The translations under genes were made by a program, and so were the position numbers. A stretch of 64,000 nt of DNA from positions 87,792,001 to 87,856,000 of the forward strand of contig NW_026262712.1 of NCBI RefSeq assembly GCF_021869535.1. The letters are read 5' to 3'. Positions 1-11,425 of this stretch are shown in pieces. This DNA comes from Mytilus californianus. Taxonomy: Eukaryota. How positions within the stretch are numbered: the first letter of the stretch is position 1; the number at the start of each line of letters is the position of its first letter. The notes beneath the pieces are model-generated. The model was not told the DNA's origin. It saw only the letters and a program-made list of their open reading frames with translations, and did not search any database.

Positions 1-174
1 GTATAAACAGCAACACAACATATTTAGTATGGATATTATGGATAGCACATACATTGTAAAACCTGTCGGGGGTCAGCATTCATACCACAAACAGTTCATT
101 AATAGAAGTATCCATTCATTGGTTGTAAATTTTCTATTTCGAATTGGAATATATCAGATGAGCAGTGATAAATA

Positions 175-555
175 CATTTTATAGTTTGTTCATATGTTTT
201 GCTATTGCACCACTGTCCCGGGTTAGGGGAGGGGTTGGACGCCCGCAAACATGTTTAACACCGCCACATTCTGCATGTGCCTGTCCCAAGTCAGGAGCCT
301 GTAATTCAGTGGTTGTCGTTTGTTGCTGTATATCATATTTGTTTTTTGTTCATTGTTTTGTTATTAAATCAGACCGTTAGTTTTCTCGTTTGAATTGTTT
401 TACATTTGTCATTACGGGGCCTTTTATAACTGACTATGTGGTATGGGTTTTGCCCTTTGTCGAAGGCCGTACGGTGACCTATAGTTGTTAACGTCTATGC
501 CATTTGGTGGAGAGTTGTCTCATTGGCAATCATACCACATCTTTTTATTTTTATA
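175..555 (+). mobile_element. Non-autonomous dispersed repeat (family M1, Penelope/Naiad-tail-like)
   Basis: Has the modules AACACCGCCACATT..TGTCCCAAGTCAGGAGCC and the tail GGAGAGTTGTCTCATTGGCAATCATACCACATCTT. These recur at about 12 places in the window on both strands. Confidence 0.85.
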
Positions 556-958
556 TTCACTTCTCTAAACTCTGGGTGATAATTATATTGGCGCACGAAT
601 AAAACATCAATGCCTGTAGACAATACGCAAACAAGAGAAATCGAAAGAATGAGACATACACGAACAGCAGACACACAAAAAAAACCTAATGCCTTGGGAA
701 ATACGATCTTCCATCAGATGCGCGAGTTTTATCAGATGCCTCGGTAGGGCAGGTATAATATCCTGCTTCGCATGCGACGCCAATTGACCATACCTTGAAA
801 TGAGTTAAATTAAATTAGTTCAATAATATATCAAAAGAACGTGAAGCACATAGGGATGTTCATGTTTGTCGCTTTGGTTGTTTGCTTTCTCATTGACATC
901 TTCACCACATATCATTTGATTGATAATTAAGGATTATAACACATGTTATTTTGACTTC

Positions 959-1326
959 GAGCATCACAGAAGAGACATTATTGTCGAAATGCGCATCTAC
1001 TGCAGTAAAATTTATTACTTCCACTGGGTGTTTGTTCCCTTAGACATAAAAGGTATTACTATACCAGTAGCCAGTACTTCGTTACTGTCATGAAAATACG
1101 GATATTGTTTGATACTGTTGTTAAATTATAGAAATTATTTTAAATTAATGAATATATCTCCCTCAGTCAAAGCTCTAATTCCTTGTCCGGATTTGGCTAT
1201 ACTTTAGGTCCTGTTTGGTTTGATCAGCTGTTGAATGTTTTTATAAAGTTTTCTTGTTTTTGTTTTAATATTTTGACCTCGAGCATCACCGAAGAGACAG
1301 TTATTGTCGAAATGCACATCTGGTGC
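959..1326 (+). mobile_element. Retrozyme-like unit bounded by two degenerate type I hammerhead ribozymes
   Basis: Direct-repeat motifs at 959-1003 and 1281-1326, 322 bp apart. Second copy: GCATCA-CCGAAGA-GAC(agttatt)GTC-GAAA-T(gcac)A-TC/TGGTGC, which fits hammerhead topology with a U4 substitution. Confidence 0.8.
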
Positions 1327-3814
1327 AGTAAAATTTGTACCGCTAATGTTATTTTTCTTAACAGTACATTAATCTAGTCTTTCAACTGTTCTTTTTGTTA
1401 GATATGAACCTCTATGATGAACGAACATGTTAGACAATAGGAAACAATGCTAAACCCATTTAAATGTTAGAAATGTTTGTTCAGAGTTCAGATACAGCAA
1501 TTTTATATTGATTAACTAATTTATCTTGACGACTATAAAATTTTCGAAGCGACAGTTTCAGTTTTACGTCGCCGTCAAAGGTAGATTTTTGTCCAATAAA
1601 TCTGTCTAATTAGAATTCAGACAACCAACAAAACATACATCAATTGGGTTTTCTTCACTTTCTGACTCTTGTGCACAATTAAGGCAAATTAAGTCTAGGA
1701 AAAAGAAACTGATAATCCAGATCAAGATAAAGTCAGCCGCTAATTTTATACTGTTAATTTGTTTTGAGAAGAGTAGGATAAGAATACACAAGAATATATA
1801 TGATAATTCAGTATTTAAGCATATATATGCAGATAAAAGTACTGTTACAATGTAGGCCTCTATGTGTTCCATATCTATACATGCATTTAGCAAATAATAG
1901 CCTATGCAAATAAAAATAAGTGCTCGGTTGCAGTTCTTTTCTTTTGATTACATCATCAGACTTCTATTATCTGTAAAGTATTACATTTCGACATAAAGCA
2001 TTTCCCCTCAACTCTTCAACAATAGAGTTATCAATATCTGTCTATTATTGTTACGGGTTACTTTTATTGAGACTTGTTATCTATACTGTAAATTTTTGTC
2101 AATATAGTTTTTTATTTTTCTACCAAGAAAAGGTGTATATGACAAAATCGTTCATCTTCCTACTTTAACAAATGATATTATTGATAAAACTACTGATTTA
2201 AATCACTTTGGAGAACGTTTAGTGGCATTATCGACAAAAATAATAATAGACCAACATACAGCAAATAATTCACGAACAAGGGTTTGATTTCTATCGGACT
2301 AATGAACAGACAAAAACTATTTTTAGAAGGTCACGCTTCTACTATCAATTTGGAGTTAATTAGATTGAAATTGAATGTCGGAACATTTCCCAAAAATAAT
2401 CAGTTGCTAGTAGAATTGAGCAATTTGATTTTTTAAATCAATAAAGTAAGTTTGTCTTCTCTCGAATTGTTTTGGAAGTTCGCAATGCAATGAACATGAT
2501 TTTCAGTATGATATTAATCATCAAATTACAATTACATCTATTTAGAGGATCAAGATACGGCATGCGATTGTCACTGCTGTTCACCTGAAAATATCACGAG
2601 AATATAGAAATTTATACCAGCATTCCGAAGACTGCAGTAGTTAAAAATTCTTCTTTTAAGATTTCGTTGAAAACATGTATACTTCACAAATTCAGGATTC
2701 TAACGAAATTTTCGCCCAATTTATCTTATACAATGATGCTATATTATGCACTTATTTTTTTAACATTTGTTTATATTTTGATGTGGATAATTCTTTGAAT
2801 TTCCAATAGGATTTCAAAGACGATTTTTTTGGTGTTTCCCATAAAATTCGTGAACTTCAATTTTTCTTTTCATGTTGTTTTCAATAATAACTACATATGT
2901 TCATTATCAAGTAAAAATTTAAAACTAAACAAAATCAATTATATTTAATTTTCTTTGCTAAGCGAAATGTATTAACATAGAATCCATTGAAAATATTGCC
3001 TTCAACAAAGCGCGTATGTGAAACAAGATCAAGGAAAACTTTGAGGTAAAGCAATATTCAAATTATAAGAACATTTATGATATCAGTCTACTGACGGCCA
3101 TAGTCCCTAGGCACGCAATTCATACTTTCCAATTCCACAAAATGAACACTGTCTGGAAATTGATTAATATTCAAGGGCGGACAAAATGGTGACTGACAAG
3201 CTATTTGATTTCCTGATTGTCATTGAAAGAAATTTTCGGATAACTTGACAACCAAATTAAAGAGGCACAAAACGGGTTTTTGTTCCACATCAATAGACAT
3301 TTTCTATGCTAAATGTGACGAGTCAAAAATATTAGACTGGAAATATAGTATTATTTAGTCATGAATAAATCTTACAACTTAAATGTGATAATCTTTTAGC
3401 AATTGAAAAATAAACACTGAAACCCAGTCGATTTGTAACTAGACAATTGTGCAGACAATTGTCTTTTGTTGAAGACCATAGTTAAGATTAACCTCTAGAT
3501 GTCATTTGATTTTTTAGTTTTATCGGTTTCTGTTTCATTGACGTATACTCCCATTTTCATTTATCCATAAAACTAAAAAACGTCATTTGACGTCTTTAAA
3601 AAACCATGAAAAAATCATCAAATTGTTCGATCTATATGAAAGCAAGCAAATTTTAGTATATCCGTATACAGAGTGGACATCTTCCTAGTTTTGACAGCTA
3701 CATGACGGGGGATACATGCATTGCAGGAAATACATACTCTATCGACACACCCGGTCCAACCCTATTTGGAGTTCGTGCTAGTACGGTTGTTTTTACTCTC
3801 GTGTATACAAAACT

Positions 3815-3945
3815 AAGAAGATGTGGTGTGATTGCCAATGAGACAACTCTCCATCAAAGACCAAATGACATAGAAGTTAACAACTATAGGTCACCGTACA
3901 TGCTTCAACAATGAGCAAACACTATACCGCATAGTCAGCTATAAA
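3815..3945 (-). mobile_element. Family M1 3' fragment
   Basis: Reverse complement of the M1 tail (GATGTGGTGTGATTGCCAATGAGACAACTCTCC...GTCAGCTATAAAA). Confidence 0.8.
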
Positions 3946-4227
3946 ATAAATATAGTATAATATTGTCCGTTTTATAATTAGAATTATCTTTTATAAAGGG
4001 AAAAGATACCAAAGAGCAATCAAAAACAATATTATGAGTGGATGAACATCGCCGTAGTTTTTTGAAAAGTTTGAAGAACTATATAGTAAATGCTATGAAA
4101 GGTGTAGGGCTTTTATTGCTGATCATCATTTTACCAGTTGCTTGATGGTCGTATGCGGCAAAGAAAGAGCTAACATGTCTGCCAATGTTTTGTTCTTATA
4201 AATTGAAAATAAAACTACATATTTCCT

Positions 4228-4268
4228 GCGTCCGAAGTGCTTTTCTGGCTTTACCTTCATCAGGAACG
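4228..4268 (-). ncRNA. Minimal type I hammerhead ribozyme motif (retrozyme/PLE-associated relic)
   Basis: - strand reads CGTTC-CTGATGA-AGG(taaag)CCA-GAAA-A(gcac)T-TC/GGACG. CUGAUGA, GAAA and the UC site are intact, with a 5-bp stem I. Confidence 0.7.
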
Positions 4269-4419
4269 ACCAATTCCAAACATTTGAAAAGCCAGGAATG
4301 TATAATTACGTAAAAATGTTAGGAGCTGTATGACCCTAAGTGACATAAATAGAATATCCATATTCATCAAAGGTCAACTTTTCTCGAGGCGGTTGGAACC
4401 TCAATTTCTTAGTAATTTC

Positions 4420-5975
4420 TTTTTTTGTTCATTGATTTTCAAGATTCTACTGTCACTATAAACTCTCTCCCTTCTACTCTTGATTTTCAAGACTCCTAGG
4501 TCATTTCTGTCCTCTATTCCTTTGTTCCTTGATTCTCGAGATTCCACTGTCATTTCAAACCTCTTTTCCTTCTTCTCTTGATTTTCAAGACTACTAAGTC
4601 ATTTCTGTCCTCTATTCCTTTGTTCCTTGATTCTCGAGATCCCACTGTCACTTCAAACCTCTTTTCCTTCTACTCTTGATTTTCAAGACTACTAAGTCAT
4701 TTCTGTCCTCTATTCCTTTGTTCCTTGATTCTCGAGATTCCACTGTCATTTCAAACCTCTTTTCCTTCTTCCCTTGATTTTCAAGACTACTAAGTCATTT
4801 CTGTCCTCTATTCCTTTGTTCCTTGATTCTCGAGATTCCACTGTCACTTCAAAACTCTTTTCCTTCTACCCTTTATTTTCAAGACTTAGGTCATTGCTGT
4901 TCTCTATTCCTTTGTTTCTTGATTCTCAAGATCCCACTGTCACTTCAAACTTCTTTTCTTTCTACCCTTTATTTTCAAGACTCCTAGGTCATTGCTGTCC
5001 TCTATTCCTTTGTTTCTTGATTCTCAAGATCCCACTGTCACTTCAAACGTCTTTTCCTTCTACCCTTGCTTTTTAAGACTCCTAGGTCATTGCTGTCCAC
5101 TATTCCTTTGTTTCTTGATTCTCGAGATTCCACTGTCACTTCAAACCTCTATTCTTTCCTCCCTTGCTTTTCAAGACTCCTAGGTCATTGCTGTCCTCTA
5201 TTACTTTGTTTCTTGATTCTCGAGATCCCACTGTCACTTCAAACCTCTTTTCCTTCTACTCTTGATTTTCAAGACTCCTAGGTCATTGCTGTCCTCTATT
5301 ACTATGTTTCTTGATTTTCGAGACTTCACTGTCACTTCAAACCTCTTTTCCTTCTACTCTTGATTTTCAAGACTCCTAGGTCATTGCTGTCCTCTATTAC
5401 TTTGTTTCTTGATTCTCGAGATTCCACTGTCACTTCAAACTTCTTTTCTTTCTACCCTTTATTTTCAAGACTCCTAGGTCATTGCTGTCCTCTATTCCTT
5501 TGTTCCTTGATTCTAGAGATTCCACTGTCACTTAAAACTTCTTTTCTTTCCACCCTTGCTTTTCAAGACTCCTAGGTCATTGCTGTCCTCTATTACTTTG
5601 TTTCTTGATTCTCGAGATCCCACTGTCACTTCAAACTTCTTTTCCTTCTACTCTTGATTTTCAAGACTCCTAGGTCATTGCTGTCCTCTATTACTTTGTT
5701 TCTTGATTCTCAAGATTCCACTCTCACTTCAAACTTCTTTTCCTTCTACCCTTGCTTTTCAAGACTCCTAGGTCATTGCTGTTCTCTATTACTATGTTAC
5801 TTGATTCTTGATTCTCAAGATTCCACTGTCACTTCAAACCTCTTTTCTTTCTACCCTTGCTTTTCAAGACTCCTTGGTCATTGCTGTCCTCTATTACTAT
5901 GTTTCTTGATTCTCAAGATTTCACTGTCACTTCAAACCTCTCTTCCTCCTTCTCTTGATTTTTAAGAATCCTAGA
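4420..5975. repeat. Tandem satellite, 98-bp unit (dimer of two 49-bp subunits), ~15-16 copies
   Basis: CTCCTAGG recurs at 4981, 5079, 5177, 5275 (period 98). The two 49-nt halves align with each other. Confidence 0.95.
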
Positions 5976-6379
5976 TCCTCTCTTTTTTGCTTCCTTGATT
6001 TTAAAGATTTCTCACTTCTGTCCCCTCTGTACTTTTGTTCCTAGTTTCGCAAGATCCCACTGAAACTTCGGTATTCTCTTCGTTTGTTCCTTGATTTCAA
6101 TGATTTCATTGAAACTTCTGTCCTCTAGTCTACTTTTGTTCCTTGATTCTCAAGATTCCACTATCATGTTTGTATTTTCCATTTTTGTTCGATATTTTGT
6201 TAAATTACACTGACATTTTGTCATTTATACTTCTATTCTACTGTTATTTATATTCTGATGGCTTTTCTTTCCCAAGTTAAATATGTTTCTTTATCTGATT
6301 ATAATCAACTTATACTTTTGTTCCTTAAGTCTTTAAAAAAGTATAACAAAAATACAGAACTCCAAGGTAAAGCTCAACC

Positions 6380-7900
6380 TTTGTGTTTTTTGATACTTTT
6401 ATTTCATAGAAACTCCAGCCTTCTTTCCCTTGATTCTTTGATTTCACAGAAACCCAAGCCATCTCTTGATACTTTGATTTCAAAGAAACTCCTGTCTTCT
6501 GTTCCTTGATACTTCGATTTCACAGAAACCCCAGCCATCTGGTCCTTGATACTTTGATTTTACAGAAATTCCAGCCTTCTGTGCCTTGATACTTTGATTT
6601 CACAGAAACACCAGCCTTTCATTTCTTGATGCTTTGATTCCACAGAAACTCCAGCTTTTTTCTTGATTATTTCGATTTCTCAGAAACTCCAGCTTTCTGT
6701 TTCTTAATACTTTGATTTCACAGAAACTCCAGCCTTCTGTTCCTTAATACTTTAATTTCACAGAAACTCCAGCCTTCTGTGCCTTGATACTTTGATTTCA
6801 CAGAAACACCAGCCTTTCATTTCTTGATGCTTTGATTCCACAGAAACTCCAGCTTTTTTCTTGATTATTTCGATTTCTCAGAAACTCCAGCTTTCTGTTT
6901 CTTAATACTTTGATTTCACAGAAACTCCAACCTTCTGTTCTTTGATACTTTGATTTTACAGAAACTCCAGCTTCCTTTTGTTTGATTCATTATCTTTCAC
7001 AAAAACTTCCTTACATTTGTATTATGTCACAGAAACTCCAGCTTTCTGTTGCTTGATACTTCGATTTCACAGAAACCCCAGCCATCTGTTCTTTGATACT
7101 TTGATTTTACAGAAATTCCAGCCTTTTGTCCCTTGATACTTTAATTTCACAGAAACTCCAGCCTTCTGTTGCTTGGTACTTTGATTTCACAGAAACTCCA
7201 GCCTTCTGTTGCTTGATACTTTAATTTCACAGAAACTCCAGCCTTCTGTTGCTTGATTCTTTGATTTCACAGAAACTCCAGCCTTCTGTTGCTTGGTACT
7301 TTGATTTCACAGAAACACCAGCCTTCTATTGCTTGGTACTTTGATTTCACAGAAACTCCAGCCTTCTGTTCCTTGATACTTTGATTTAATAGAAACCTCA
7401 GCTTTCTGTTTCTTGATTCTTCATATTTCACAGAAAACTCTGATTATTTTATTCTTTATATTTTCACAGAAAATCCCACCTCCATTTTCTTGATACTTTA
7501 ATTTCACAGAAACTTCAGCCTTCCGTTCCTTGATACTTTGATTTCATAGAAACTCCAGCCGCATTTTCTTGATACTTTGATTTAACAGAAACTACAGTCT
7601 TCTGTTCTTCGATACTTCGATTTCATAGAAACCCCAGTCTTCTGTTCTTTGATATTTTGATTTCAAAGAAACTCTTGCTTTCTGTTCCTTGATACTTTTA
7701 TTTTACAGAACTTATATCTGTCTGTTCGTTGATACTTTGATCTTGGAGAAACTCCAGCTTCCTTTTTGTTTTATTCACTAGATTTCACAAAAACTTCTTC
7801 CTCCTGTTCCTTAATACTTTGATTTCACAGAAACTCCAACTTCTCTTCCTTGATACTTTTGATTTCATAGAATTAAAGCTTTCTGTTTCTTCATTCTTTA
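6380..7900. repeat. Minisatellite, ~40-bp unit (TTGATACTTTGATTTCACAGAAACTCCAGCCTTCTGTTCC)
   Basis: Tens of consecutive copies, with a homogeneous core around 7100-7400. Confidence 0.95.
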
Positions 7901-8500
7901 TATTCTACAGAAACTCGCCAGCCTCCAGTTTCTTGACTTTTTATTCTATAGAAACTCTCCAGCCTCCGATTTCTTGACTTTATATTCTACAGAAACTCTC
8001 GTCGCCTCCGGTTTCTTGACTTTATATTTCACAGAAACTCTCCAGTCTCCGGTTTCTTGACTTTATATTTCACAGAAACTCTCCGGTCTCCTGTTTCTTG
8101 ACTTTATATTTCACAGAAACTCTCCAGCCTCCGGTTTCTTGGCTTTTTATTCTACATAAACTCTCCAGCCTCCGGTTTCGTGACTTTATATTCTACAGAA
8201 ACTCTCCAGCCTCCGGTTTCTTGACTTTATATTCTACAGAAACTCTCCAGCCTCCGCCGTTTCTTGACTTTAAATTTCACAGAAACTCTCCAGCCTCCGG
8301 TTTCTTGACTTTAAATTTCACAGAAACTTCCAGCCTCCGGTTTCTTGACTTTATATTTCACAGAAACTCTCCAGCCTCCGGTTTCTTGACTTTATATTTC
8401 ACAGAAACTCTCCAGCCTCCGGTTTCTTGACTTTATATTTCACAGAAACTCTCCAGCAACCGGTTTCTAGACTTTATATTCTACAGAAATTTCTGTCTCC
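7900..8500. repeat. Minisatellite, 41-bp unit (TTGACTTTATATTTCACAGAAACTCTCCAGCCTCCGGTTTC)
   Basis: CACAG at 8071 and 8112 (period 41), about 14 copies. Confidence 0.95.
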
Positions 8501-9231
8501 TGTTCCTTTGATCTTTAGAAATGTATGACACTCGTACTCGGGTTTTATGATTCTTTAGATTTTGGCATTCATTCTGTTCTGAATATGTTTGCTAAAACTA
8601 GGAAAAGGATGTCAAATGACGTTAAAATAATAATGTAATTAGACACTTTAATTATATTTTTTTTTATGATAATCAAAATGTGTTAAACAATTTACATGTA
8701 TTTCTTTTGTGAAAAGTTACTACTTATGCTATGCACTATTCTACAGAAGGCAACATTCAAATGATACAATTTTTATAACGATATAAAAACTCCATTTTCA
8801 GATCATAATCTATATGTGATGTGATCTCCTTTCCTGTCCGTATGACGTAAAAGCAATATACATTTTAGTATGCTGAGATTATAACAAGCAATGCGTGCTG
8901 AAATATTGTAAAAAAACATAATTAATTTTTGTGCCTTTTACATATGGTGCATATTATCTAAGTATAAGTTTTTTGTTAGTCTTCAAATATAATCAGAAAT
9001 CAGGATTAACAATATGAAAATAAGAATATGTGGTATAATTGCCGAAGAGACAGACCAAATGACGTAAAAGGTTAGCAACTGTAGGTCACCGTACGGACTT
9101 CAGCAATGAGAATCAAAGTACTGAAGTACTGAACATCGGATGACTGCAAGTTCTTGTGGATCGTCACAAGCAATTGTCTCAGAAAAAAAAATCACATCTC
9201 TATACCTGAAAGTGAGGTTAATGTACAGATA

Positions 9232-9995
9232 TAATTTTTTTTTCTTAGACAAGTTCGTGCGTGGATGATAAATAAATGACAGGGAATTCAACCTCACCGT
9301 AATGCCTGAGTGAGGTTGCTTTAAAGTTAATTTCAATTTTTCTTTTATTTATAAACTTTACAATTTTTATTTAACTTTTAATTTTTACTTTTTTTTTATA
9401 TATTGTTTTCATATTAAGATAAAAACAATAGGCATTTAAATGAGAAAATGTTTTAAGGAGGAATTCATGAGTAAGTGCATCCTTAAAGTTGTCTGTAGAG
9501 GTTTAGTTTGAAATTTCAAGTGGTAATTTATTCCAATCTTTAATTGTTTGGCTGAAGAATGAGAATTTAAAACTGTCTTTGTTGCATTGGAGATGTCTGT
9601 ATGTTTGTTGATGGGTATATCTTGTTTTGGACTGGCTTTTTATGAAAATATACTGAAATGGTATTGCAATGTCATTGTTTATAACTTTGTGGAACATTTG
9701 AAGTCTGGTTTTTAGCCTGCGTTCTTGTAGGGTTTGCCAGTTTAGATTTTGAAGCATTTCAGATACGCTGCTGGTGTTGTGAAATCTGTTGCAAGTATAT
9801 CGTGCAGCTCTTCTTTGCACTTGTTCCAGTCTGTTTTTATATGTTTTCTGAAGTGTGTTGATCTCAAACTGTGCAGCAATATTCTAATTTTGGTCCTACT
9901 ATAGTTTGATATGCTCTTTCCTTTACTAATTTTGAACTAATTTTTAGATTTCGTCTGACGAATGATAAAGATTTATTTGCTTTTGCTATATATTA
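9232..9995 (-). mobile_element. 5'-truncated non-LTR retrotransposon (CR1/L2-like) ORF2 C-terminus, 3' UTR and A-tail
   Basis: - strand encodes KSLSFVRRNLKI..ERAYQTIVGPKLEYCCTV*D..LEQVQRRAARY..LNWQTLQERR..FSFFSQTIKDWNKLP, with a stop and a frameshift. It ends in GTCTAAG plus an A-run near 9232-9243. Confidence 0.85.
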
Positions 9996-10175
9996 TATAA
10001 ATATTTGTATATTACAGTTACATGTATATATAATTTTCATCCATTTGTATATCATTCTATTCTACTATATTAATAATAGTGCAGTGCAAGTGCATGGTGG
10101 ACACTCTTCTGTAATAATTCGATTTTTCTAAATGATTGGATTTGAGTAGGCATTCATATTTTCCCGCCAAACTTT

Positions 10176-10243
10176 CAATCTCCCATGCAGAGTTATGGGT
10201 CCTTGAGAGAGAACGAGGGCCGATAACTCTACATGGGAGATTG
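10176..10243. repeat. 68-bp near-perfect inverted repeat (hairpin / collapsed MITE)
   Basis: CAATCTCCCATGCAGAGTTAT ... ATAACTCTACATGGGAGATTG (21-bp arms, 1 mismatch). Confidence 0.85.
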
Positions 10244-10559
10244 CAAACGATTTTGAGATATTCTTCCGCATGCGTTAAAACACATTTTATGTACGTGTGC
10301 ATAGATATTCAAGATTTTTTACTTATATATATTTCTAACGACAAAATATTTTCATATTATTAATTTATGTTCTAAAAAATATTTTTTAGGAGTATCCATT
10401 GAAAAAATGAATTTATAACAAGCGATAAGGAATGTTATTTTGCACTTGATAATGTCCGCGTATTTATCATGTTTATAGATCGGTTACAATCCCAACACGA
10501 AAGTTACGTAATGGAAATCTAGGCGACAGTAATACACCGGAATGTCCTCACGGTCATCC

Positions 10560-10780
10560 GATGTAAAAACCATACCGCATAACAAGCTATTAAAGGTAAC
10601 GAAATGATAAATGTAAAACAATTCAAACGAGAAACTAACGGCCTGACTTATGAACAACACAAAAAACGAAAAACAAATATGATTTACAGCAACAAATGAC
10701 AACTACTGAAATACAGGCTTCTGACTAGGGACAGAAACATACAGAACCCTCCCATAACCTGGGACAGTGGTGTATTAGCA
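10560..10780 (-). mobile_element. Family M1 fragment
   Basis: Contains AATTCAAACGAGAAACTAACGGCC...CCTGGGACAGTGGTGTA, shared with 37310-37895. Confidence 0.8.
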
Positions 10781-11245
10781 CGAATATCAAATAACAACAA
10801 GTAAAAATCGTTAGATTTTCGCACTTGCATCTCTTGAATATTGAAGAATAACTTGGTTTCACATGCTAAATGTTACTGTGATGCTGTTTATAGGGCCTAT
10901 TAATTTAGATAAATGTATGATCCATGAAAACTTGTTGATCAGTGTATGGTAAATATGTTCAGAAATCAAGATTAGAAAGACCGAATACTAACGAGGTATT
11001 AGCTACAATTTAGGCAAAGCACTAAACATAAAAGTATAATCTAATAATATTGTGGGCAATATTTCGACCGTATGCATTTTAATTTGATTCTTATTAGCGA
11101 TGTGCTCAGCATGTTCAATATTAAAAAAAAAAGTGTACATTAAAAGTGAAACAAGGGAGACAATTCTTTGACTAAACTTATTTTGAAAGGTTATCAAGTT
11201 GCTGTCTTTGTTTTAGTACAATCACATTTAGAACAAGAAATTTAT

Positions 11246-11425
11246 GAGGGTGTGGATGGGGGTTTACAGTATAGAGAAAAATGGACCAAATAAATAAAGA
11301 ATAGAGAATAATGAGGTGCTAACATATAAAGAATTGAGAATAATGGACAAAAAGTATAAAGAATAGAGAAACATGGCCTAAAAAATTAAAGAATACAGAA
11401 ATGAAGGAACCCCATTAAGACCCTC
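11246..11425. mobile_element. 180-bp MITE with internal ~29-bp tandem repeats
   Basis: Termini GAGGGT..ATGGGGGTT / AACCCCAT..ACCCTC, flanked on both sides by ATTTAT (11240-11245, 11426-11431). Confidence 0.7.

Noticed and set aside
4774-8430. ORFs of 63-110 aa within the satellites
   Set aside because: The unit lengths (98, 40, 41) are not multiples of three and frames shift every unit, so these are repeat-translation artefacts. The same applies to the ORFs at 23417-23766 and 62219-63638.
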